Assembly: GCA_949288955.1 (NCBI GenBank)
Contig: CASEMS010000010.1
Location: 33,696-97,695 of the forward strand
Origin: an uncultured Lentisphaeraceae bacterium
Lineage (GTDB): Bacteria > Verrucomicrobiota > Kiritimatiellia > RFP12 > DVOR01
Direction of reading: 5' to 3'
Length of the DNA stretch: 64,000 nt
Positions within the stretch are counted from its first letter, which is position 1; each line of letters begins with the position of its first letter. A model generated the notes under the pieces. That model had not been told where the DNA came from and did not search any database. It was given only the letters and a program-made list of their open reading frames with translations. Both the position numbers and the translations under genes were made by a program. Positions 1-7,787 of this stretch are shown here, one piece after another.

Positions 1-138
1 CTGCACCGTCCGGACGATCTCGGCGGTGGGCGCGGCGACGAAGGTTACGGGGGCAAAGAAACGCCCCGCGGCGTAACCGGCCGCCACGAGGGCGACCGCC
101 GCCACGGCCCCGAGGGCAATCGTGGGAAAAGTCTTCAT
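1..138 (-). CDS. Hypothetical membrane/secreted protein, N-terminal fragment (gene continues beyond window start)
   Basis: Reverse-complement of 1-138 reads MKTFPTIALGAVAAVALVAAGYAAGRFF..., a hydrophobic N-terminus; the ATG is the complement of 136-138. Only 46 codons are visible. Confidence 0.3.
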   Translation of the reverse strand, partial: MKTFPTIALGAVAAVALVAAGYAAGRFFAPVTFVAAPTAEIVRTVQ

Positions 139-374
139 ACCCTTAGTGTAACACAGATTCCCGACGGCGAACGCGGGCGCGCGGCCCCCTGCGTCCCACA
201 GAACGCAGGGACGGCAGGAAGGATCGGCGGCTGAGCCGAGGTGGATCAGCCGCCAACCCGAGGTGGATCAGCCGCCGAGCCGGGATGGATCGGCCGCCGA
301 GCCGGGATGGGCGAGGGGCCAAAACAAAAACGCCCCCGGGCGGGCCGGGGGCGGTGAGGGGGGAGGGGGGCGCG

Positions 375-2915
375 TCAGGCGGTGAGGGGATTGACGTTCT
401 CGGGGGGGCGCTTGGTGGGTTTGACGGGCTCGGTGCGGAGGACGCGGTCGCCGTGGATGAGGGTGCGCCAACGGAGGTGGATGGAGGAGGTGCCGAGGCG
501 GACCTCGAAGGGTTCGTCGGGGAGGACCCAGGTTTGGTCGCCGAGGGCGATCTTGAGGTGGTCGAGGGGGAGGTCGAGGGTGACGGTCTTGGTCTGGCCG
601 GGGGCGAGGTGGACGCGCTTGAAGCCGCGGAGCATCTGGTCGAACCAGTAGGTGGGGGCCTTGGTGTAGGAGACGTAGAGCTGGACGACCTCGTCGCCGG
701 CGACCTTGCCGGTGTTGGTGACGGTGAAGGTTACGCGCCAGCCGGCGGGCCGGGGGGCGGGGTCGCGGAGGAGGAGGGTGTCCCAGAGGGTGGCCTGGCC
801 GGGGGCGGTGAGGGGGGTGAGGGTGGGTTTGCCGACCTCGAAGGTGGTGTAGCTGAGGCCGTAGCCGAAGGGCCAGAGGGCGCCGGGGTTGTAGGAGCCG
901 TTCTTGAGGGTGGGCTCGTAGTTGGATTTGGGCTTGGCGGGGAAGTTGAAGGGAATCTGGCCGGCGGATTTGAGCCAGGTGCCGTTGGTCTTGCCGCCGG
1001 GGTTGTATCGGCCAAGGAGGGCCTCGGCGACGGCGGTGCCGCCGTGGCGGCAGAGGAGGCCGCAGGAGAGGATGGCGGGGGTGTTGCGGGCGGCCCAGTT
1101 GATGCTGGGCGGGCGGCCGTGCATGAGGACGAGGACGGTGGGGGTGCCGGTGGCCTGGACGGCTTGGAGCAGCTCCTCCTGGCGGCCGGGGAGGTCGAGG
1201 CTGGTGCGGGTGTGGCTCTCGCCGGAGGTGCGCCCGTTGTCGCCGAGGACGACGATGGCGACGTCGGCCTGCTTGGCGAGGGCGACGGCCTTGGCCTGCT
1301 CGTCGCGCTCCTTCTTGGTGATGGGGACGGGGACGAGCTCGCTGTCGGGCCAGCCGGGGCTGACGTGGTCGCAGCCTTTGGCGTAGAGGACCTTGGCGTC
1401 GGGGAGGGCGCGTTCGAGGGCTTTGCGGACGGAGACGGCGGCGTAGTCGGTGGGGCCGTAGCGGTCGGGGCGGTAGCAGGCGGCGTCGGCGTTGGGGCCG
1501 AGGACGGCGACGGTCTTGAGGGTCTTGGGGTCGAGGGGCAGGAGGGGGCCTTCGTTCTTGAGGAGGACGAGGGCCTCGCGGGCGACCTGCAGGGCGACGC
1601 GGTCGGACTCGGCGGAGCCGACGACGGCGTCGGCGGCGGCGGGGTCGGCCACGTAGGGGCGGTCGAAGAGGCCGTGCTCGAACTTGACGCGCAGGACGTC
1701 GCGCACCATGGCGTCCACGTCCTCCATCGCGAGGGTGCCGTCGTCGAGCGAGGCGTTGATCCAGCCGGCGATCTGGTCGGGCGGGGTGAAGGTGGTCCAG
1801 ACGTTGAGGCCGGACTGGATGCGGAGGGTGTGGGCCTCCTTCTGGTCGGCGGCCATGCGGTGGAGGGTGGCGAGGCGCTCGACGGCGTGGCTGTCGGAGA
1901 CGACGTAGCCGCGGAAGCCGAGCTCGCCGCGGAGCCGCTCCTTGAGGAGGTGGGGGGAGGCGGCGACGGGGGTGCCGTTGACGTCGTTGTAGGCGCACAT
2001 GACGCCGCGGGGGTGGGCCTCGGTGAAGACGCGGCGGAAGGGGTAGAAGTGGATGGCCTCGAAGGTCTGGGCGGTGATGTGCGGGTCGGTGCGCGAGTCG
2101 TAGCCGCGGGCGCCCTTGTTCTCGCCGTAGCCGACGTAGTGCTTGGGGGAGGCGATGGCGCCGCCCTCCTGGATGCCCAGGCAGAGGGCCTTGCCGATCT
2201 CGGCGACGAGGAAAGGATCCTCGGCGATGGTGCCCTCCCAGCGGCCCCAGCGTTGGTCGCGGGCGACGTCGAGGATGGGGGCGTAGACGTTGCTGTAGCC
2301 GAGGGCGGTGGCCTCGCGGCCGGTGATGCGGCCCTGCTCGCGGATGAGGTCGGGGTTCCAAGTCATGCCCTGGGAGTGGGGCATCGGGAAGCTGGTGGCA
2401 TGGCGGGCGGAGATGCCGTTGATGCCTTCGTTGGTGAAGTCCACGGGGATACCCAGGCGCGTCTGCTCGACGAAGAAGCGCTGGGTGTTGTTGACGTAGT
2501 GGGCGTTGCGGGCGGGGGTGTCGCTGATCTCCTTGTCGCCGCGGTGGCGCCAGCCCGCGCCCTGCTCGTCGATGTTCGCCACGCCGTCCTTCCAGACGCG
2601 CGCCTTCCACTGCTTGGTGGGGAACTTGTCCTTGAGCACCGCGCGGTAGCCGTAGAGCGTGCAGAGCTGCATCACCTTCTCCTGCTGGGTCATCTGCCCG
2701 AGGAGGTCGTCCACGCGGTCGTCCAGGTCGGCGGAGGGGTCCTCGTAGGTGTCCCGCTCGCCGTTCTTGTTGAGGTCGATCCAGCCGTCGTGGTAGATGG
2801 AGGGCATGGCCTCGAAGGGGTAAGGATAGGGGTTGCCGCGCAGGGCGGCATCCGCGCCCGCGGCGGAGAGGCCCGCTCCGGCGAGCGCGGCCAAGGCAAA
2901 GACTGTCGTTCTCAT
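375..2915 (-). CDS. bglX: Glycoside hydrolase family 3 (BglX-like beta-glucosidase), secreted
   Basis: The ORF reads MRTTVFALAALAGAGLSAAGADA (signal peptide), followed by a GH3 N-domain and the motif GFRGYVVSDSHAV containing the Asp nucleophile. The C-terminal region matches the GH3 beta-sandwich/fibronectin-like domain. Start chosen at the MRTT codon (complement of 2913-2915). Confidence 0.8.
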   Translation of the reverse strand: MRTTVFALAALAGAGLSAAGADAALRGNPYPYPFEAMPSIYHDGWIDLNKNGERDTYEDPSADLDDRVDDLLGQMTQQEKVMQLCTLYGYRAVLKDKFPTKQWKARVWKDGVANIDEQGAGWRHRGDKEISDTPARNAHYVNNTQRFFVEQTRLGIPVDFTNEGINGISARHATSFPMPHSQGMTWNPDLIREQGRITGREATALGYSNVYAPILDVARDQRWGRWEGTIAEDPFLVAEIGKALCLGIQEGGAIASPKHYVGYGENKGARGYDSRTDPHITAQTFEAIHFYPFRRVFTEAHPRGVMCAYNDVNGTPVAASPHLLKERLRGELGFRGYVVSDSHAVERLATLHRMAADQKEAHTLRIQSGLNVWTTFTPPDQIAGWINASLDDGTLAMEDVDAMVRDVLRVKFEHGLFDRPYVADPAAADAVVGSAESDRVALQVAREALVLLKNEGPLLPLDPKTLKTVAVLGPNADAACYRPDRYGPTDYAAVSVRKALERALPDAKVLYAKGCDHVSPGWPDSELVPVPITKKERDEQAKAVALAKQADVAIVVLGDNGRTSGESHTRTSLDLPGRQEELLQAVQATGTPTVLVLMHGRPPSINWAARNTPAILSCGLLCRHGGTAVAEALLGRYNPGGKTNGTWLKSAGQIPFNFPAKPKSNYEPTLKNGSYNPGALWPFGYGLSYTTFEVGKPTLTPLTAPGQATLWDTLLLRDPAPRPAGWRVTFTVTNTGKVAGDEVVQLYVSYTKAPTYWFDQMLRGFKRVHLAPGQTKTVTLDLPLDHLKIALGDQTWVLPDEPFEVRLGTSSIHLRWRTLIHGDRVLRTEPVKPTKRPPENVNPLTA

Positions 2916-3033
2916 GGTCTTAGGATAACCCAGGCGCGTCCGTCGGCGCAAGCCCCATCGCGCCTTCGCGCGGGGTGCGTCCCGGAGAACCCAGCCCACG
3001 CGCCGGGGCGCGCGATATGCTATCATGTGGGCC

Positions 3034-4077
3034 ATGAGCAGGAGAGCGATTCTGGCCGCATGGGTCTGCTGCGCCGCCGCGTTGGGGTCGGCGCAGTATC
3101 AGGATTATTCGCGCATCGGGCGGACGCCGGAGGCCCTCAGCTTCCTGGACGAGCCGATCGAGGTGGAGCTCAAGGAGCCCGCCTGGCTCTTCGGCGGCCC
3201 CGACGAGGACTCCCCCGCCGAGCAGCTGCTCCTGGCCCAGCGGCTGGAGCGCGAGGGCAAACGCGAGAAGGCCGTCGACGCCTACGACGACCTCGTCCAC
3301 GAGTGGCACGCCACCCCCGAGGCCCTCACCGCGCAGCTGGCCATCGCACGCCTGGAATCGGCCGCGGGGAACGCCCGCAAGGCCTACGAGGCCGACCTCT
3401 ACCTCCTCGCGCACTTCGCGGGCCGCTTCGAGCTGGCCCCCGTCTTGGCGGACGCGGTGGCCCAGGCGGACGCGCTCGCCGCGCAGGAGCGGGGGCGCAC
3501 CCTCCATTTCACCTCCAACGCCACCCTCCGGCGCAACTACGAGCAGCTCATCCACTTCGCCCCGCGTTGGAAGCGCGTGCCCGAGCTGCTCCTGCGCATC
3601 GCCGAGCTGTACGTGGACGACGAGGAATTCAGCCACGCCATCACCGTCTGCGACCGCCTGGTGGTGGACTGGCCGAACTACGCGGGGATGGACGAGGTGG
3701 TCAGCGTCTATTGCCGGGCCTGCCGCCTCCAGGCCAACGTCTGGCGCAACGACGTCGGCCGCCTCGCCCACCTCGAACGCCTCCTCGCCGGCGCCCAGGC
3801 CTTCCGCCCCAACCACCCCGAGCGCGAACGCTTCGCCCAATGGCAGCGCGAGGTCTACCTCCTCCGCCACGACCGCGCCTACGCCAACGCCTCCTTCTAC
3901 GACAACCCCGCCGCCTACTCCCGCGAGGCCGCGCTCCTGGCCTACCAGGCCTTCCTGCGCGACTTCCCGGACTCCCCCCACGCCGAGGCCATCCGCGCCC
4001 GCGTCGCCCAGCTCGCCGCGCAGGCCCGCCCCGCCGCCACCCTCCCCCAGCAGCAAGCCAAGGAACCCACGCCATGA
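3034..4077 (+). CDS. Secreted TPR-like protein, possibly BamD/YfiO-like outer-membrane assembly lipoprotein
   Basis: MSRRAILAAWVCCAAALGSAQ is a signal peptide, followed by a helical repeat-rich protein of ~345 aa. The 3' end overlaps the LptE-like gene by ATGA. An extended -10 (TATGCTATCAT) lies 7 nt upstream of the ATG. The BamD assignment is inference. Confidence 0.4.
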   Translation: MSRRAILAAWVCCAAALGSAQYQDYSRIGRTPEALSFLDEPIEVELKEPAWLFGGPDEDSPAEQLLLAQRLEREGKREKAVDAYDDLVHEWHATPEALTAQLAIARLESAAGNARKAYEADLYLLAHFAGRFELAPVLADAVAQADALAAQERGRTLHFTSNATLRRNYEQLIHFAPRWKRVPELLLRIAELYVDDEEFSHAITVCDRLVVDWPNYAGMDEVVSVYCRACRLQANVWRNDVGRLAHLERLLAGAQAFRPNHPERERFAQWQREVYLLRHDRAYANASFYDNPAAYSREAALLAYQAFLRDFPDSPHAEAIRARVAQLAAQARPAATLPQQQAKEPTP

Positions 4078-4601
4078 CGCCACTCGCACGCCTCGCCCTG
4101 ACCCTCCTCGCGCTGGCCACGTTGGGCGCCGGCTGCGCGGGCTACCACCTCGGCTCCCCCGTGCCCAAGGGCCTCCGCACCGTCCACGTGCCCGCCTTCG
4201 AGAACAGCACCGAATACCCCATGGTCGGCGCCATGGCCGCCCAGCAGTTCATCGACGCCCTCATCGAGGAAGGCACCTTCGAGCCCGCCGACTTCGAGCA
4301 CGCCCGCCTCCGCGTCCAGGTCGTCATCTCCGGTGTCGGCGCCGACGCCATCAGCTACGACCGCAACAACACCATCCTGCCCGACGAGTACCGCCTCACC
4401 CTCCGCGCGCGCCTCTACGCCTACGACGCCCTCACCGGCGAGACCCTCATCAACGGCAAGCCCGTCTCCGCCAGCGACACCGCCCTCACCCGAAACGACT
4501 TCCAGACCGGCGTGATGGACACCCTCCCGCGCCTCTCCCGCAAGCTCGCGCAGAACCTGCTCCTGGAGCTGCACGCCATCACGCCCGCCTCCGCAAACTG
4601 A
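4074..4601 (+). CDS. lptE: LPS-assembly lipoprotein LptE (RlpB)-like
   Basis: MTPLARLALTLLALATLGAGCAGYHLGSPV has a lipobox (LGAGC) followed by the YHLG motif typical of LptE; the protein is 175 aa. A hairpin terminator follows at 4626-4663. Confidence 0.55.
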   Translation: MTPLARLALTLLALATLGAGCAGYHLGSPVPKGLRTVHVPAFENSTEYPMVGAMAAQQFIDALIEEGTFEPADFEHARLRVQVVISGVGADAISYDRNNTILPDEYRLTLRARLYAYDALTGETLINGKPVSASDTALTRNDFQTGVMDTLPRLSRKLAQNLLLELHAITPASAN

Positions 4602-4625
4602 CCCCGGGCGCCCCAGAGGATACGA

Positions 4626-4663
4626 AAAAGCCCCCGGCTCCGATCGGAGCCGGGGGCTTTTTC
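4626..4663. terminator. Bidirectional rho-independent terminator (between lptE-like and abcF)
   Basis: aaaaaGCCCCCGGCTCCgatcGGAGCCGGGGGCttttt is a perfect 12-bp stem flanked by A- and T-runs. Confidence 0.7.
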
Positions 4664-4672
4664 GTCTCACCC

Positions 4673-6619
4673 TCACGCTTCGGCGGTGAGGGCCTCAAGG
4701 GCGGTCGCGGCCTCCTCCCACTCCAGGGTGAGTTTGGCGAGGTCGAACTGGATGGCGCGCAGACGCTTGCCGGCGTCGGCGAGGCCTTGGGCGTCGAGGG
4801 TGCCGTCGCCGAGGGCGGCGGTGAGTGCCTCCTGCTCGGACTCCAGCTTGGCGATGGCGGCCTCGGCGGTCTCGACGCGGCGGCGAAGGCGCTTGACCTC
4901 GGGCGCCTTGGCGGCGCGTTCCTGGGCGCGCTGGCGGCGGAGCTCCTTGGAGGAGGCCGCCTTCGGGGGGGCGGGGGCCGAGGGCGCGTCCTCCTGGAGG
5001 GGGGCCTCCTCGGCGATCTTCTCCTGATAGTAATCGTAGCCGCCGTGGAAGCGGCGGATGCCGCGGCGGGAGATCTCCAGGATGTTCTCGGCCGTGCCGC
5101 GGACGAACTCGACGTCGTGCGAGACGAGGACGACGGTGCCGTCGTAGTCGCGGACGGCCTGCTGGAGGCGTTCGCGGCCTTCGAGGTCGAGGTGGGTGGT
5201 GGGCTCGTCGAGGAGGAGGAAGTTGGGCGGGTTGAGGAAGAGGCGGAGGAAGGCGAGGCGGATCTTCTCGCCGCCGGAGAGGACCTTGACGGGCTTGGCG
5301 CAGTCGTCGGCGTCGAAGCCGAAACCGCCGAGGCGGTTGCGGAGCTCCTTCTCGGGGAGTGCGCCGGCGGCGGCCTTGGCGGTGGCGAAGACGGTGGCGT
5401 CGGGATCCATCGTCTCGGCGAGGTCCTGGCTTTGGTAGCCGGGGGCGACGTGGTAGCCGAAGACGGCCTTGCCCTCGGTGGGCTTGCGGACACCGGCGAG
5501 GACGCGCAGGAGGGTGGTCTTGCCCATGCCGTTGTAACCGACGATGGCAATCTTGTCGCCGTTCATGACGCGGAGGTCGAGGTGCCGGAAGATGGGGTGG
5601 TCGGCGCCGGGATAGGCGTAGGCGGCGTCTTCGAGGCGGACGATCTCGGCGCCGGCGTGGGGGGCCTTGGGGAGGCGGAGGTAACCGGCGGAGCGGGAGC
5701 GGGCGGGGAGCTTGATCGCCTCGAGTTTCTCCAGCTGCTTCTCGCGGCTCTGCGCCTGGGCGGCCTTGGTGGCCTGGGCGCGGAAGCGCTCGATGAAGCG
5801 TTCGAGCTGCTCGCGCTTGCGGTCTTGGTTGGCCTTGGCCTGGAGGAGCTGCTGGTAGCGCACCTCGCGGTCGCGGAGGTAGGTGTCCAGCGGGCCGTTG
5901 TAGCGCGTTACGGTGCCGCCGTCGACCTCGATGGTAACGCGGGTGATGGCGCGCAGGAGGTAACGGTCGTGGGAGATGAGGACGAGCGTGCCCTCGAAGC
6001 CGCGGAGGAAGCGTTGGAGCCATTCCACGGCGGGGAGGTCAAGGTAGTTGGAGGGCTCGTCGAGGAGGAGCAGCTCGGGCTTGGAGGCGAGGACGCGGGA
6101 GAGCTCGGCGCGCATCCGCCAGCCGCCGGAGAAGGTGGCGAAGGGGCGGGCGAAGTCCTCCACCGCGTAGCCGAGGCCGCCGAGGGACTCCTTGACGCGG
6201 GCTTCGAGGGAGTAGCCGCCCATCTGCTCGAAGCGGGTGTTGGCCTCGCCCAGCTCGCGGAGCATCCGGGCCTTGGCGGCGGGGTCGCGCTCGGTGGCGA
6301 GGGCCTCCTCCAGGCGGGCGATGGCGCGCTCGGTGCGCTCGAAGCCGGGGATGCCCTCCAAGCAGTATTGCAGGAGCGTCTGCTCGGGGGAGTCCGGCTC
6401 AAGATGCTGGCGGACGAAGCCGATGCGGGGCGTGCCCTCGGCGATCACGTCGCCGGTGTCGGGCGAAAGCTCGCCGAGGATGAGCTTGAAGAGGGTGGAC
6501 TTGCCGGAGCCGTTGGGGCCGACGATGCCCACGCGCTCCCCGGCGTTGATCTTGAAGGAGGCGTGCTCGAAGAGGGCCTCCGGCCCATAGCGCACGCTGA
6601 CGTCGCGGAACTCAATCAT
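4673..6619 (-). CDS. ABC-F family ATPase (Uup/YheS-like, two ABC domains plus C-terminal coiled coil)
   Basis: MIEFRDVSVRYGPE... contains two Walker A motifs (GPNGSGKST and GYNGMGKTT), two ABC signatures (LSGGWRMR and LSGGEKIRL), a linker, and a C-terminal K/R/E-rich coiled coil. Start chosen at MIEF (complement of 6617-6619). Confidence 0.85.
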   Translation of the reverse strand: MIEFRDVSVRYGPEALFEHASFKINAGERVGIVGPNGSGKSTLFKLILGELSPDTGDVIAEGTPRIGFVRQHLEPDSPEQTLLQYCLEGIPGFERTERAIARLEEALATERDPAAKARMLRELGEANTRFEQMGGYSLEARVKESLGGLGYAVEDFARPFATFSGGWRMRAELSRVLASKPELLLLDEPSNYLDLPAVEWLQRFLRGFEGTLVLISHDRYLLRAITRVTIEVDGGTVTRYNGPLDTYLRDREVRYQQLLQAKANQDRKREQLERFIERFRAQATKAAQAQSREKQLEKLEAIKLPARSRSAGYLRLPKAPHAGAEIVRLEDAAYAYPGADHPIFRHLDLRVMNGDKIAIVGYNGMGKTTLLRVLAGVRKPTEGKAVFGYHVAPGYQSQDLAETMDPDATVFATAKAAAGALPEKELRNRLGGFGFDADDCAKPVKVLSGGEKIRLAFLRLFLNPPNFLLLDEPTTHLDLEGRERLQQAVRDYDGTVVLVSHDVEFVRGTAENILEISRRGIRRFHGGYDYYQEKIAEEAPLQEDAPSAPAPPKAASSKELRRQRAQERAAKAPEVKRLRRRVETAEAAIAKLESEQEALTAALGDGTLDAQGLADAGKRLRAIQFDLAKLTLEWEEAATALEALTAEA

Positions 6620-7784
6620 GACGGAGGCTTGGAGGTTTGGAAGTTTGGAGGCTTGGCGGCGCCTCCCCTCCCACAGCCTTGCCCGCGTGCGCCAAACTTC
6701 CAACCTTCCAAGCCTCCAAACTTCCGATGGGCAGGGAGGGATCGACGTCGAGGGCGAGGGCGGCGGTGGGATCCGCCGGGAGGGGAAGGGCGGAGGCGAG
6801 GCCGGCGATCATGGCGGCGTTGTCGCCGCAATACTTGGGCTCGGCCAGGAGCAGGCGGACGCCGCGGCGCGCGGCGACCTGCGCGAGGGCGTCGCGGAGG
6901 GCGCGGTTGAGGGAGACGCCGCCGCCGAGGGCCAGGCTCCGGTAGGGGGCGGAGGCGAGGGCGCGGTCGGCGCGCTTGGCGAGGGCGCGGACGATGGCGG
7001 CCTGGTAGCTGGCGCAGAGGGTGGCGACGTCGGCCTCGCCCTGCGGGGGCTGCTTGCGGACGTGGGTGAGGAGCGCGGTCTTGAGGCCGCTGAAGGAGAC
7101 GCAGAGGGCGGGATCCCAACCGTCCGGGAGGGGATGGTCCTCGGAGACGCGCCCCTCGGGGAAGCGGATGGCGCGGTCGGCGCCGGGGGGGGCCTGGCGG
7201 GCGGCCTTGTCGATGACCGGGCCGCCGGGATAGCCCAGGCCGAGGAGCTTGGCGGCCTTGTCGAAGGCCTCGCCGGCGGCGTCGTCGATGGTCTGGCCCA
7301 GGAGGCGGTGGCGGTCGGGCCCCTCGGAGGCCACGAAGCAGGTGTGCCCGCCGCTGACGGCCAGCCCCAGCTGGGGCCAGAGGGCCGCGCCGCGGAGCTC
7401 GGGGTGGCCGAGGCGGACGGACCAGAGGTGGGCGTGCATGTGGTTGACGGGGACGAGCGGCTTGCCGGTGGCGAGGGCGAGCCCCTTGGCGAAGGTCCAG
7501 CCGACGAGGAGGGCCGCGGCGAGGCCGGGCCCGCGCGTGGCGGCGATGGCGTCCACCCGCGCCCAGGGGTCCGGGTCGCCGGGGAAGGCCTGCGCCAACG
7601 CCTCCTCGGCCACGGCGCGAATCTTGGCGACGTGCGCGCGGCTGGCGACCTCGGGGACGACGCCGCCGTAGGGGCGGTGGAGCGCGATCTGGGAGTAGAC
7701 GACGGAGGCCAGGACGCCGTCGCCGTCTTGGACGACGGCGACGGCGGTCTCGTCGCAGGAGCTCTCAATGCCCAGGACGGTCAC
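6612..7784 (-). CDS. tsaD: tRNA N6-adenosine threonylcarbamoyltransferase TsaD, with an unusual ~38-aa C-terminal extension read through a repeat element
   Basis: MTVLGIESSCDETAVAVV... and HMHAHL ... CGDNAAMIAGLA are the Kae1/TsaD family hallmarks. The tail ...SLEAWKVGSL...[12 protein letters not shown] is encoded by the AGGCTTGG octamer inverted array at 6623-6725. Confidence 0.85.
   Translation of the reverse strand: MTVLGIESSCDETAVAVVQDGDGVLASVVYSQIALHRPYGGVVPEVASRAHVAKIRAVAEEALAQAFPGDPDPWARVDAIAATRGPGLAAALLVGWTFAKGLALATGKPLVPVNHMHAHLWSVRLGHPELRGAALWPQLGLAVSGGHTCFVASEGPDRHRLLGQTIDDAAGEAFDKAAKLLGLGYPGGPVIDKAARQAPPGADRAIRFPEGRVSEDHPLPDGWDPALCVSFSGLKTALLTHVRKQPPQGEADVATLCASYQAAIVRALAKRADRALASAPYRSLALGGGVSLNRALRDALAQVAARRGVRLLLAEPKYCGDNAAMIAGLASALPLPADPTAALALDVDPSLPIGSLEAWKVGSLAHAGKAVGGEAPPSLQTSKPPSLRHD
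6623..6725. repeat. Octamer (AGGCTTGG/AAGTTTGG) inverted tandem array, copy 1
   Basis: ggaggcttggaggtttggaagtttggaggcttgg (6623-6656), a ~34-nt spacer, then the reverse-complement arm gccaaacttccaaccttccaagcctccaaacttcc (6691-6725). Confidence 0.8.
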
Positions 7785-7787
7785 GGC

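Noticed and set aside
268-2610. 780-aa minus-strand ORF (Arg/Pro-rich) overlapping the GH3 gene out of frame
   Set aside because: It is an alternative frame of the GH3 coding region. The RP-rich composition is typical of out-of-frame high-GC DNA.
285-4601. 1438-aa plus-strand ORF spanning the antisense of the GH3 gene and two further genes
   Set aside because: It is a high-GC stop-free artefact (Gly/Ala/Val/Glu low-complexity translation) antisense to a well-supported GH3 gene. Only its last 176 codons (4074-4601, LptE-like) are real.
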